Positions 11,867 to 19,389 of a DNA stretch of 21,476 bases are shown in pieces; the stretch's first letter is position 1, and each line of letters starts with the position of its first letter. The stretch is from a bacterium. GTDB taxonomy: Bacteria > Margulisbacteria > WOR-1 > O2-12-FULL-45-9 > XYB2-FULL-48-7. The position numbers were made by a program, and so were the translations under genes. Below the pieces are notes generated by a model that was not told the DNA's origin, did not search any database, and saw nothing but the letters and a program-made list of their open reading frames with translations. Location: assembly GCA_043812655.1 (NCBI GenBank), contig JBDRLW010000021.1, forward strand, positions 1 to 21,476, in the 5' to 3' direction.

Positions 11867-13385
11867 TATAAACTTTTTCGATATTAACGAATAACCCAGC
11901 CGGACCTGGCTTTGACAATCCCCCCACCCGCTCATTAACACCAGTCACTGCCTTAGGATACCAGAGAAAAATATATGGCTGGTCCGCGGCGATGATCTGC
12001 CATAATTCTCCGTAGATCTTTTTTCGTTTGGCCTTGTCGATCGTCGTCCGTCCTAATTCGATCAGTTTGTCCGCCCGCGCGTTCCGGTATTTAACAAAGT
12101 TGAACCCTTTAGGATATTGTGAAGAATGCCAGATTGAATAGCAATCCGGATCCAAACCAAGCGACCACCCCATGATCACCGCCTCATAATCTTTGGGATC
12201 CTTCGGCGCGTTAACGATTTTCAATAGCGCCGACCATTCCATGACGCGGATATTCACTTTAACTCCGATTTTTTTATACTGTTGTTGGAGAATGACCGCC
12301 GCTTTTTCCCGTTCTTTATTTCCCTGGTTGACCAGGATCGTAAATTCCAGGTTCTCCGCTTTCGCCGTTTTAAGCAGTTGCTTCGCTTTCTCCGGGTTAT
12401 AAGGAAATTTCTCGACCCGGTCAGAATAGGCCCAGGAGATCGGAGCGGAAGGAGCGTAAGCCGGCGAAGCTAATCCGCGAAAGATCAGGTTGACCAATTG
12501 GGCCTTATCCGTCGCGTAAGCCAGCGCCTGGCGTACCCGCTTATCACGGAATTTGGGACTCGCTAAGTTAAAACCCAAATAGGTGTAAGTAAGCGCGTCA
12601 TATTCGTAAACTTTGATCCCTTTAACCGTTTTCATCCGCCCATAATCCTTGGCCGGGATCCCTGATTCATCGATCTCCCCCGCTTCCAAGGCGACCAGCT
12701 GCGCGTTGCTGTCCGGGATCACTTTATAACTGATCTCTTTTAAGAGCGGTTTACCGCCGTAATAACGGGGGTTGCGCGCCACCGTAATATGATCCCCTGA
12801 TTGCCATTCTTTAAAGATAAAAGGCCCGGTTCCGACTGGCTTCCGATTAAACTCGGCAGTATTAATATCTTTCCCGGCTAACAGGTGTTTCGGAATAATT
12901 CCCATTCCCATCTGGATCAGGAAAGGAGCGAAAGGCTTGGGCAATTTTGCCTGGATAGAATATTTATTAAGGACCTGGAATTGCACCGGCTTCCCATCAA
13001 TAATATAATCGCTCCGCCGAACTGAATTGACTTTGGGTTTTAAGATCGAGTCAAAGGTAAATTTTACGTCTTCGGCAGTAAAAGCTACGCCATCATGCCA
13101 CTTCACGTCATTACGCAGATAAAATGTCCAAACCAAGCCATCTTTCGAAACCGTCCACTTCTTCGCCAAATCGGGAACCATCTCCAGCTTTTCGTTAACC
13201 TTGACTAAGCCGGAAAAAATCGCCCCCTCAACCGCCGAAGAAGAGGTATCAGTGGAAAGGATCGGGTTTAGAACGGAAACTTCGCCACCTAAGCTGAAGC
13301 GGAGAATGCCATCGGGATCGTGAGGTGATAAGGCTAAGCAAGGAATAGCAATAAAAAGCAAGACAAAAGCTACAATTATTCTCAC
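11853..13385 (-). CDS. oppA: Peptide ABC transporter substrate-binding protein (family 5, OppA/DppA/AppA-like)
   Basis: Signal peptide, PDLAKKW, LRNDVKWHDG, FTAEDVKFT, PVGTGPF, VRQAL, YNPEKAKQLL. Confidence 0.93.
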   Translation of the reverse strand: MRIIVAFVLLFIAIPCLALSPHDPDGILRFSLGGEVSVLNPILSTDTSSSAVEGAIFSGLVKVNEKLEMVPDLAKKWTVSKDGLVWTFYLRNDVKWHDGVAFTAEDVKFTFDSILKPKVNSVRRSDYIIDGKPVQFQVLNKYSIQAKLPKPFAPFLIQMGMGIIPKHLLAGKDINTAEFNRKPVGTGPFIFKEWQSGDHITVARNPRYYGGKPLLKEISYKVIPDSNAQLVALEAGEIDESGIPAKDYGRMKTVKGIKVYEYDALTYTYLGFNLASPKFRDKRVRQALAYATDKAQLVNLIFRGLASPAYAPSAPISWAYSDRVEKFPYNPEKAKQLLKTAKAENLEFTILVNQGNKEREKAAVILQQQYKKIGVKVNIRVMEWSALLKIVNAPKDPKDYEAVIMGWSLGLDPDCYSIWHSSQYPKGFNFVKYRNARADKLIELGRTTIDKAKRKKIYGELWQIIAADQPYIFLWYPKAVTGVNERVGGLSKPGPAGLFVNIEKVYIKKD

Positions 13386-13414
13386 AAAAAGATTATAACA
13401 TATGGATTAGCAAC

Positions 13415-13442
13415 AAAAAAAGCCGCGAAGTTTATTCGCGGC
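13415..13442 (-). terminator. Intrinsic terminator downstream of the lipoprotein gene
   Basis: Stem GCCGCGAA/TTCGCGGC (13422-13442) followed on the minus strand by T7. Confidence 0.75.
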
Positions 13443-13500
13443 CTTTCTCTTATCTTATTATTAAATATCAACTAAAACCATTGCTATCTAATCTATTTAA

Positions 13501-13809
13501 CTATTTGTTTTGCGGAGCTGGTTGTTTCATATAAATATCCATTGGATTCTTGCTTGATTCATAATATTCCGTCCCAGTTCTTTTATATTTTAGCAGTTTA
13601 CCATCTGCTTCAATCTGATATAACCCAGACCCCATTCCTTCTTCTTTGCTGATAATTTTTATTTTTTCCTTGGACACCCCAGTATCAAAAGAAACCGTTG
13701 AAATTAGTTTAGCATCATCTTCACCAGTTGGCTGTAAACAACCTGACAATACCCCGACCATCCCTATTGCAATCACCAGAGACAAAAACGCAGCAACACT
13801 TTTTTTCAT
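13501..13809 (-). CDS. Small lipoprotein (102 aa), unknown function
   Basis: MKK, hydrophobic stretch, lipobox LSG-C. SD AGGAGGG. Confidence 0.85.
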   Translation of the reverse strand: MKKSVAAFLSLVIAIGMVGVLSGCLQPTGEDDAKLISTVSFDTGVSKEKIKIISKEEGMGSGLYQIEADGKLLKYKRTGTEYYESSKNPMDIYMKQPAPQNK

Positions 13810-13833
13810 TTTTTCCCTCCTAATGTTATAGAT

Positions 13834-13863
13834 ATTTTACCCCCCCCCCCCAGAAATTTGCAA
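13834..13863 (-). promoter_or_regulatory. sigma70 promoter with poly-G spacer (candidate phase-variable)
   Basis: TTGCAA-ATTTCT-G12-TAAAAT, spacer 18 nt. Confidence 0.65.
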
Positions 13864-13892
13864 GCGGATTTTTTGTTTTCACTATGAATACT

Positions 13893-13920
13893 AAAAACCC
13901 CACAATTAATTGTGGGGTTT
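13893..13920 (-). terminator. Perfect 26-bp palindrome / intrinsic terminator after the small membrane-protein pair
   Basis: AAACCCCACAATT-AATTGTGGGGTTT (13895-13920), ending in T5 on the minus strand. Confidence 0.65.
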
Positions 13921-13944
13921 CCCATAACAAGCAAGTGTAAAGGC

Positions 13945-14076
13945 CTATCCTCTTTTAATCCCTAACTTTCGCGCTTGACGCTCTTTCGCCTCCTGCCAAT
14001 CTTGATGCAAAATAAAAGCTAAAAGAAATAAACCCAAAATGGAAAACAAAATTAATAGAAACAATGTATATTCCAT
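13945..14076 (-). CDS. 43-aa single-pass membrane protein (not in ORF track)
   Basis: MEYTLFLLILFSILGLFLLAFILHQDWQEAKERQARKLGIKRG. SD AAGGAGG. ATG overlaps the upstream TAA (TAATG). Confidence 0.7.
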   Translation of the reverse strand: MEYTLFLLILFSILGLFLLAFILHQDWQEAKERQARKLGIKRG

Positions 14077-14282
14077 TATTCCCCCTCCTTCAAACCTTTA
14101 TTTGGCTCAGCAAATATCGAAATTAACGTAAAAACCATCAAAGTTAAAACACCAAAAACAATTAAGGCTAAATTAATCTTGCCCTAAACAATTGGGCCAA
14201 TAATCATTAAACCAAAAATAATACCAGTAAAATTAACAAACAACTTTGAAATAATTTTCCTTCTTGATTCTTCTATCCTCAT
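14076..14282 (-). pseudogene. Small two-TM membrane protein with an internal TAG (not in ORF track)
   Basis: MRIEESRRKIISKLFVNFTGIIFGLMIIGPIV*GKINLALIVFGVLTLMVFTLISIFAEPNKGLKEGE. SD GAGGAGG. TAG at 14184-14186 lies between the two hydrophobic helices. Confidence 0.65.
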
Positions 14283-14336
14283 GTCCTCTTCCCTCCTCTT
14301 CCTCCACCTTCGACTTCACCTTTACCTTATCCCTCC

Positions 14337-14744
14337 CTACATATTCGTTAATTCTTGCAATTTAGACAAACCATTACGTTTATAGCCTGTCAATTTATAA
14401 GCACCGGTCGTATTTTCGTAAGTATAAATGATCTTGCCGGCCGTATCCGCATCGGTATACTGAGCACCGGTAAAAGGATTTTTGGGAACATCGGCCATGT
14501 AGCCTCCGCTCATCAGGTAATTTCTGCAGAGCGATTCAAGCGCAATATTGTTACCAAGCGGATAAACATCATTCTCCATCTGGTAGGCCTCGACCGCCAA
14601 TTGGACAGTATGCATCACGCCTTTCACCGCCGCTTCCTTCGCCCGATCGCGCGCACCGAGAAGATTTGGAACTAAAAAAACTGAAAGTAATCCAATTATC
14701 CCAATTACGACCAGTATCTCAACTAATGTAAAGCCTTTTTTCAT
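14337..14744 (-). CDS. Type IV pilin / T2SS pseudopilin (GspG/PilA-like prepilin)
   Basis: Class III signal MKKG|FTLVEILVVIGIIGLL with E5, then PNLLGARDRAKE and KNPF. The start may be ATG 14744 (SD GGGGGTG) or GTG 14753. Confidence 0.9.
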   Translation of the reverse strand: MKKGFTLVEILVVIGIIGLLSVFLVPNLLGARDRAKEAAVKGVMHTVQLAVEAYQMENDVYPLGNNIALESLCRNYLMSGGYMADVPKNPFTGAQYTDADTAGKIIYTYENTTGAYKLTGYKRNGLSKLQELTNM

Positions 14745-14773
14745 AATTTTCACCCCCTTTATTATACCGCAAA

Positions 14774-15784
14774 CTACTGTAAAGTCGACACTACGTTCAT
14801 CATCGGTAAAAACATCGCTAAAACTATAAACCCAACTACGAGCCCAACCACCACCGTCATCCCTGGCTCAAGAAGCGAAGTAAAGCGCTTGAGAAATACT
14901 TCCCGCTCCCGCGCCTTAAAATCGGCAATATTAACTAGCATCTCGGCCAGGCCTCCCGTCCTCTCCCCCACTTTGATCATTTGGACGACACTACTTGGCC
15001 AGTAATTGTGCCGCTCAAAAGCTACGCTTAACCTTTCACCATTTTCCACTTCATCTTTAACATTATTGATAATGTTTTTAAAGGTTTTATTTTTTAACCC
15101 TTCCCCGGTTATAGCCAAAGATTCAATGATCGGCGCGCCACCTTTTAATAATGATCCTAAAGTTGAGAGGCACTGGATCATTTGTTCTTCTTGATACAAA
15201 CGGCCAAAAAATGGAACTTTAAAAAGATAGCGTTCAAACCTTAGCGGATCTTTATCTCTTATTTTAACAAGATAAAATAAGAACAAACCAATTATTATGG
15301 CTGAAACCAGCCAAATTGCCGAAAAATAATCGCTGACCGATAAAATAATAACTGTAACCAGCGGCAAGCTACCCCCAAAATCATTCAGCAATCCCTTTAG
15401 GCTTGGGATCACAAAGATCACCAGCATCAAAACCGATAATAAACTTAAAACCATTATTAAGACAGGATAGATCAAGGAGCCGATCAACTTTTCATCAAGC
15501 TCGGCCTTATTATTATAATATTCTGTCAATCTACCCAAGCACTCTTCTAAATCCCCTGCCCTCTCCGCTGCGCGAAGCGAAGACGCTGCCATTATCGGTA
15601 AGAACCCGTTTATCGCTTCGCTAAAAGGATTTCCTTCACTAACTTTATTAATCACATTATCCAACAACTTCTTTTCTTTTGTCAGATCTTTAATAATAAT
15701 TAGCGCTTCAATTAGTGGAATGCCAGAGGATAAAAGCGATTGCAGTTGGGAGCAGAAGATAGCGGTTTGTCTTTTATTTGACAC
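14774..15784 (-). CDS. pilC: Type II secretion system F / type IV pilus platform protein (PilC/GspF family), short form
   Basis: LLSSGIPLIEAL, AERAGDL, LIYP, LPLVT, MIKVGERTGGL, LLEP, AMFLPM. Confidence 0.88.
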   Translation of the reverse strand: MSNKRQTAIFCSQLQSLLSSGIPLIEALIIIKDLTKEKKLLDNVINKVSEGNPFSEAINGFLPIMAASSLRAAERAGDLEECLGRLTEYYNNKAELDEKLIGSLIYPVLIMVLSLLSVLMLVIFVIPSLKGLLNDFGGSLPLVTVIILSVSDYFSAIWLVSAIIIGLFLFYLVKIRDKDPLRFERYLFKVPFFGRLYQEEQMIQCLSTLGSLLKGGAPIIESLAITGEGLKNKTFKNIINNVKDEVENGERLSVAFERHNYWPSSVVQMIKVGERTGGLAEMLVNIADFKAREREVFLKRFTSLLEPGMTVVVGLVVGFIVLAMFLPMMNVVSTLQ

Positions 15785-15793
15785 AATTAAGGC

Positions 15794-16342
15794 CTACCAT
15801 TGTTTTAAAACCATTTTCTGTAGCATATCTATCATTTCAATGATAATGTTCTTTACTTTAGCAATTTCTCTTTTATTAGCTCCATCCTTTTGAAAAAGAG
15901 TCATAATTGCTTTGGAATGTACTGATAATTTATAAAGCACCTCCGGACTTTCAGCTAAAATCCTCCTATTTCTTGACATAATCTCTTCCAAAGCCGAAAA
16001 CGCCCTCATTATTTGAATTGAGCGTTGGATTGCTACTTCGGATTTAAGGATAGCAGAAACCATATTGGCACCGTTACGTGTAAAAACGTATGGCTGTTTA
16101 TTCTTTTGACTGTAGCTAACTTTGGAAGTCGCAAATTGCGACTTCCAAAAAAGCCATTCCTCTCTAGTCAATTGAAACATAAAATCTGGTGGAAAACGCT
16201 TACCATTTCTTTTAACCTGTTCCATTAATCTTTTGGTTGAAACTCGATAGAGACTAGCTAAATCGCTATCAAGAATTACCCTCCTTCCCCTTAATTCAAT
16301 GATCATTTCTTTTATCTTTAATGTCTCAATTAAATTTGTCAT
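15794..16342 (-). CDS. ORF6N-domain DNA-binding protein
   Basis: IIELRGRRVILDSDLASLYRVSTKRLMEQVKRNGKRFPPDFMFQLT...SQFATS...PYVFT...SAILKS...SIQIMRAF. Start ATG 16342 with SD GAGGAG. Confidence 0.9.
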   Translation of the reverse strand: MTNLIETLKIKEMIIELRGRRVILDSDLASLYRVSTKRLMEQVKRNGKRFPPDFMFQLTREEWLFWKSQFATSKVSYSQKNKQPYVFTRNGANMVSAILKSEVAIQRSIQIMRAFSALEEIMSRNRRILAESPEVLYKLSVHSKAIMTLFQKDGANKREIAKVKNIIIEMIDMLQKMVLKQW

Positions 16343-16365
16343 TAAATTATTCTCCTCTATAATAT

Positions 16366-16390
16366 TTGAGGTCGCATTTTGCGACCTCAA
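16366..16390. promoter_or_regulatory. Operator-like palindrome upstream of the ORF6N gene
   Basis: TTGAGGTCGCA-TTT-TGCGACCTCAA (11-bp arms), next to a minus-strand TAGAAT (16392-16397). Confidence 0.7.
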
Positions 16391-16479
16391 TATTCTATTT
16401 ATATTTCTAAAAGCATAAAAGGGAAAAAGCAAACCTATTGCCACTAGCAATTTGGGATTAATTGACGAAATTTAGAAGG

Positions 16480-17952
16480 TTACTTCTGGATGCGCGGAAA
16501 AAGTGAGTCTCCCTTAGCGATTTTTTCTCCACCAAGGTTTAACTGGGCTTCAATCTTTTTAGAAGTTTCGGGCATAAAAGGGACTATAAGATCAGCAATC
16601 GTTTTTAGAGCTTCAATTAACGTGGCCAAGACTGTCGCTAACTTTTCGTTCTCCTCTTTCTTAGCCAATGACCAGGGAGCTTGTTTCTCAATATATATGT
16701 TGGCCTGATTAATAAGATGCCAAATCGCCGCTAAGGCTTCGGAAAACGCCAACTCCTCCATCGCCTTATCAACCGCGCTAGGGGTTGTCTGAATTAGCGT
16801 GTTTATCTCATTAGTTATTTGATCATTTGGTATTGTTTGGGATTTAGTGCTTGGGATTTCGGATTTAAAATACTTCTCAATCATGGTTAATGTTCTGCTC
16901 AATAAGTTCCCCAAATCATTCGCCAGGTCGGCATTATAGCGGTTAATAAAAGATTGTTTAGAAAAGTTACCGTCAACACCAAACGGGACTTCACGTAAGA
17001 TAAAGTAGCGGACCGCGTCTACTCCGAACTCCGAACTCAAAACAAGCGGGTCTACAACATTCCCCTTACTCTTACTCATCTTCTCCCCTTCGACCGTCCA
17101 CCAACCATGACCAAAGATCTTTTTCGGGAGAGGCAGATCAAGCGCTAACAAAATACAAGCCCAAGTGATGGCGTGAAAACGAACAATTTCTTTTCCCATT
17201 AGGTGAACATCAGCCGGCCACCATTTTTTGAAGCTATTTTCATCGCCAGCGTAACCAATTGCCGAGATATAATTGATCAAAGCATCAAACCAGACGTAAA
17301 TAACATGTTTTGGATCTTCTTTTATCTTAACACCCCAAGGGAAAGCAGTTCTGGTAACCGATAGATCGTGTAACCCTTGCTTAATAAATTGAAGAACCTC
17401 ATTCCGCCGCGATTCCGGCTGGATATAACCGGGATTAGCTTCAATGTGTTTTAATAATTGATCCTGATATTTTGAGAGTTTAAAATAATAAGTCTCTTCT
17501 TTTAATGTCTCTGTTGGCCGGCCACAGGTTGGGCAAACAGTTTCATTGGGCCAGAAAGATTCGCAGGCAACGCAATACAACCCTTCGTATTCACCCTTAT
17601 AGATATCGCCTTTAGCCAAAAGCTGGCTGAAGATCTTTTGGACCGCCGCTTCATGGCGCGGTTCGGTCGTCCGGATAAAATCATCATTACTGATATTCAA
17701 AGCTTCCCAAGCGGCCTTAAACCTACCAACCAACCAACTAACAAACTTCTCCGGACTCTCCCCCTTCGCTTCCGCCGCCTTCCAAACCTTCTGCCCATGT
17801 TCATCGGTTCCGGTCAAGAAGTGGACGTCAAAACCTTGTTTGCGCTTATACCGAGCTAGAACATCGGCCGCGATCGTCGTATACGCGTGCCCAATATGCG
17901 GCACATCGTTTACATAATATATAGGGGTGGTTAGGTAGAACTTCTTATTCAT
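16480..17952 (-). CDS. metG: Methionyl-tRNA synthetase (short form, single Zn knuckle, no C-terminal tRNA-binding domain)
   Basis: YYVNDVPHIGH, GTDEHGQK, CVAC...CPTC, YVWFDAL, KMSKS, LFPRI at the C-terminus. Confidence 0.97.
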   Translation of the reverse strand: MNKKFYLTTPIYYVNDVPHIGHAYTTIAADVLARYKRKQGFDVHFLTGTDEHGQKVWKAAEAKGESPEKFVSWLVGRFKAAWEALNISNDDFIRTTEPRHEAAVQKIFSQLLAKGDIYKGEYEGLYCVACESFWPNETVCPTCGRPTETLKEETYYFKLSKYQDQLLKHIEANPGYIQPESRRNEVLQFIKQGLHDLSVTRTAFPWGVKIKEDPKHVIYVWFDALINYISAIGYAGDENSFKKWWPADVHLMGKEIVRFHAITWACILLALDLPLPKKIFGHGWWTVEGEKMSKSKGNVVDPLVLSSEFGVDAVRYFILREVPFGVDGNFSKQSFINRYNADLANDLGNLLSRTLTMIEKYFKSEIPSTKSQTIPNDQITNEINTLIQTTPSAVDKAMEELAFSEALAAIWHLINQANIYIEKQAPWSLAKKEENEKLATVLATLIEALKTIADLIVPFMPETSKKIEAQLNLGGEKIAKGDSLFPRIQK

Positions 17953-17993
17953 GTCTATTCTTATTATAACAAAGGGAATAACTTAAAAATAGG

Positions 17994-18022
17994 GTGAAAT
18001 TTACGGAAAACAGTAACGACAT
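17994..18022 (+). promoter_or_regulatory. Putative alternative-sigma (sigma28-like) promoter, copy 3
   Basis: GTGAAATTTACGGAAAACAGTAACGACAT, same spacing as copies 1 and 2. Confidence 0.6.
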
Positions 18023-18055
18023 AAGTTTAGAAAACAGAAACAGGAGGTGAAAAGA

Positions 18056-18520
18056 ATGAACGCAATAGCAACATCAGTAGCTTATGTTGGCAGCCTAAAC
18101 ACGGGGTTTTTCAGAGGATGCCAAACAGAACCAGTAAAAGAAATTAAAAAGCCTAAACTTAAAGACGGGGAATATCCAATTACGGTCAATCAAGTTGTCC
18201 CCAAAGGCCAAACTTTTGTCGCTGAATATGTTAGAACCAATATCACTATTAAGAATGGTGCATTTATTGGTTCGGCAAATTTCATAATAAACGATACAAG
18301 TGTTGATCCAAGCACCCCACGGGAATATAATATCGTTATTGAAGCTAACAATGATGGGACAACAACCGTAATTCCACATGGCAACCATCAAATATCTGAA
18401 CCTCAAGAAGCAAAAAAAAGATTAATTAGTTATCTTGAGGCAATGATTAATAAGAATGGCTCTAGCTCACAAAACCAAGCTGTTTTACAAGCTGTATTAG
18501 ATAAAGCAATAAAACAATAG
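18056..18520 (+). CDS. Hypothetical AT-rich orphan protein (~154 aa)
   Basis: SD AGGAGGTG (18042-18049) 6 nt before ATG 18056, with a terminator downstream. Confidence 0.75.
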   Translation: MNAIATSVAYVGSLNTGFFRGCQTEPVKEIKKPKLKDGEYPITVNQVVPKGQTFVAEYVRTNITIKNGAFIGSANFIINDTSVDPSTPREYNIVIEANNDGTTTVIPHGNHQISEPQEAKKRLISYLEAMINKNGSSSQNQAVLQAVLDKAIKQ

Positions 18521-18534
18521 ACAGAAAAAACAAT

Positions 18535-18570
18535 GGCTCTCTCTTAACCGGGAGAGTCTTTTGTTTTTTT
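18535..18570 (+). terminator. Intrinsic terminator (probably bidirectional)
   Basis: GGCTCTCTC-TTAACC-GGGAGAGTC followed by TTTTGTTTTTTT. An A-tract also precedes the stem. Confidence 0.75.
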
Positions 18571-18619
18571 ATTGCTCCCCTACCGGGAATAATATCCTGA
18601 TCGCCGGCGCGTTTTGCAG
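18569..18619 (-). repeat. Displaced copy of the 3' end of the 395-aa gene (att-like direct repeat of 19393-19437)
   Basis: 18575-18619 matches 19393-19437 at 37/45 nt. It reads LQNAPAIRILFPVGEQ* versus LQNVTAVRILFPVGE*. Confidence 0.85.
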
Positions 18620-18620
18620 A

Positions 18621-19043
18621 TTAAATTTGATCTAAAAGGAGAACAAAAGGAAGCTTTTTTGTTTTTTCAAATAGTTTTTTGTCCGCAGTTACAAAGTCAT
18701 GCCCTAGATCATCGGCCAAAGCGACAAAATGGGCATCATAAAAAGTTAATTTATATTCAAAAGCAAAATTTGTTGTTTTTGCCAAGACATCCTCATCAGG
18801 AAAAGCAAAATTTAGTCCCATTTCCAAAAGCGCCTTAAGGGCAAAATTAACATCTTCAGCTGAAAGGTCTTCCTTAAACCGCAAAACATTCCCGACTTCA
18901 TATAAGACCAGCGGTGGAATGGTCAGCCGTGATTTCCCTTTAAGAAAAGCATCTTTGAGCCGCGCAGCTTCCTTAAATTGTTTTTCCTTCTTTTGGAACC
19001 ATTTGACAACAACCGAAGTATCCAGGACAATATCATCTTTCAT
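18621..19043 (-). CDS. vapC: Type II TA toxin, VapC (PIN domain)
   Basis: IVLDTSVVVKW, LYEVGNVL, LTFYDAHFVALA, FVTADKKL. Overlaps the antitoxin stop (ATGA). Confidence 0.9.
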   Translation of the reverse strand: MKDDIVLDTSVVVKWFQKKEKQFKEAARLKDAFLKGKSRLTIPPLVLYEVGNVLRFKEDLSAEDVNFALKALLEMGLNFAFPDEDVLAKTTNFAFEYKLTFYDAHFVALADDLGHDFVTADKKLFEKTKKLPFVLLLDQI

Positions 19044-19303
19044 TGGCGGTTCTCCCTCATCTTCCTGATAAAGGTTGTGGCATCAAAACGCCCCGTATCT
19101 TTACCAGCGATCCTATCGATCATCTCCGCTGCTTTCTTCACTTGGGGGTTATCAATTGGCCGCCGCTCCTTTTTAGGCAATGAAACTATATAGAACCTGG
19201 CCGCTTCCCGTAAAAGCTCGCTGCGGCTCCGGTGTTCGGCAGAAGCCGCATCATCAATTTTCTTAAGGATTTCATCGGGCATGGAAACCATTATTTTGCT
19301 CAT
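19040..19303 (-). CDS. Ribbon-helix-helix (CopG-like) antitoxin
   Basis: KIMVSMPDEILKKIDDAA...SRSELLREA, C-terminal IRKMRE. ATG 19303 has SD AAGGTGGTGA; GTG 19315 is an alternative start. Confidence 0.85.
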   Translation of the reverse strand: MSKIMVSMPDEILKKIDDAASAEHRSRSELLREAARFYIVSLPKKERRPIDNPQVKKAAEMIDRIAGKDTGRFDATTFIRKMRENRQ

Positions 19304-19326
19304 TACATTCACCACCTTATAAATAT

Positions 19327-19354
19327 ATTATATACTAGTTATATAAGTTGTCAA
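19327..19354 (-). promoter_or_regulatory. Consensus sigma70 promoter of the TA operon with overlapping inverted repeat
   Basis: TTGACA-16 nt-TATAAT. TTATATA-CTAGT-TATATAA (19328-19346) overlaps the -10 and spacer, as expected for an RHH autoregulatory operator. Confidence 0.75.
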
Positions 19355-19389
19355 TACTTATATTGGCCCCTTATATCTGGCAACTCAAA

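Noticed and set aside
14184..14186. Genome-wide TAG recoding suggested by the internal amber and the ORF6N-pilC junction
   Set aside because: TAG ends oppD, pilC, the pilin and the lipoprotein at plausible C-termini, and no long gene here has an internal TAG.
16343..16450. Longer ORF6N start at 16450
   Set aside because: There is no SD there. ATG 16342 has GAGGAG and gives a typical ORF6N N-terminus.
16419..16453. Possible displaced copy of the metG 3' end (LFP-like) upstream of ORF6N
   Set aside because: Only about 8 contiguous nt match and a frameshift is needed, which is too weak.
16464..16492. GAAATTT at ~16466 (also ~13853) as further sigma28-like sites
   Set aside because: They lack the leading GT and the YGAYAW box at the conserved spacing, and no co-oriented gene follows.
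18056..18130. Lipoprotein signal in the 154-aa orphan (FRG-C)
   Set aside because: The preceding segment lacks a continuous hydrophobic core and the lipobox is non-canonical.
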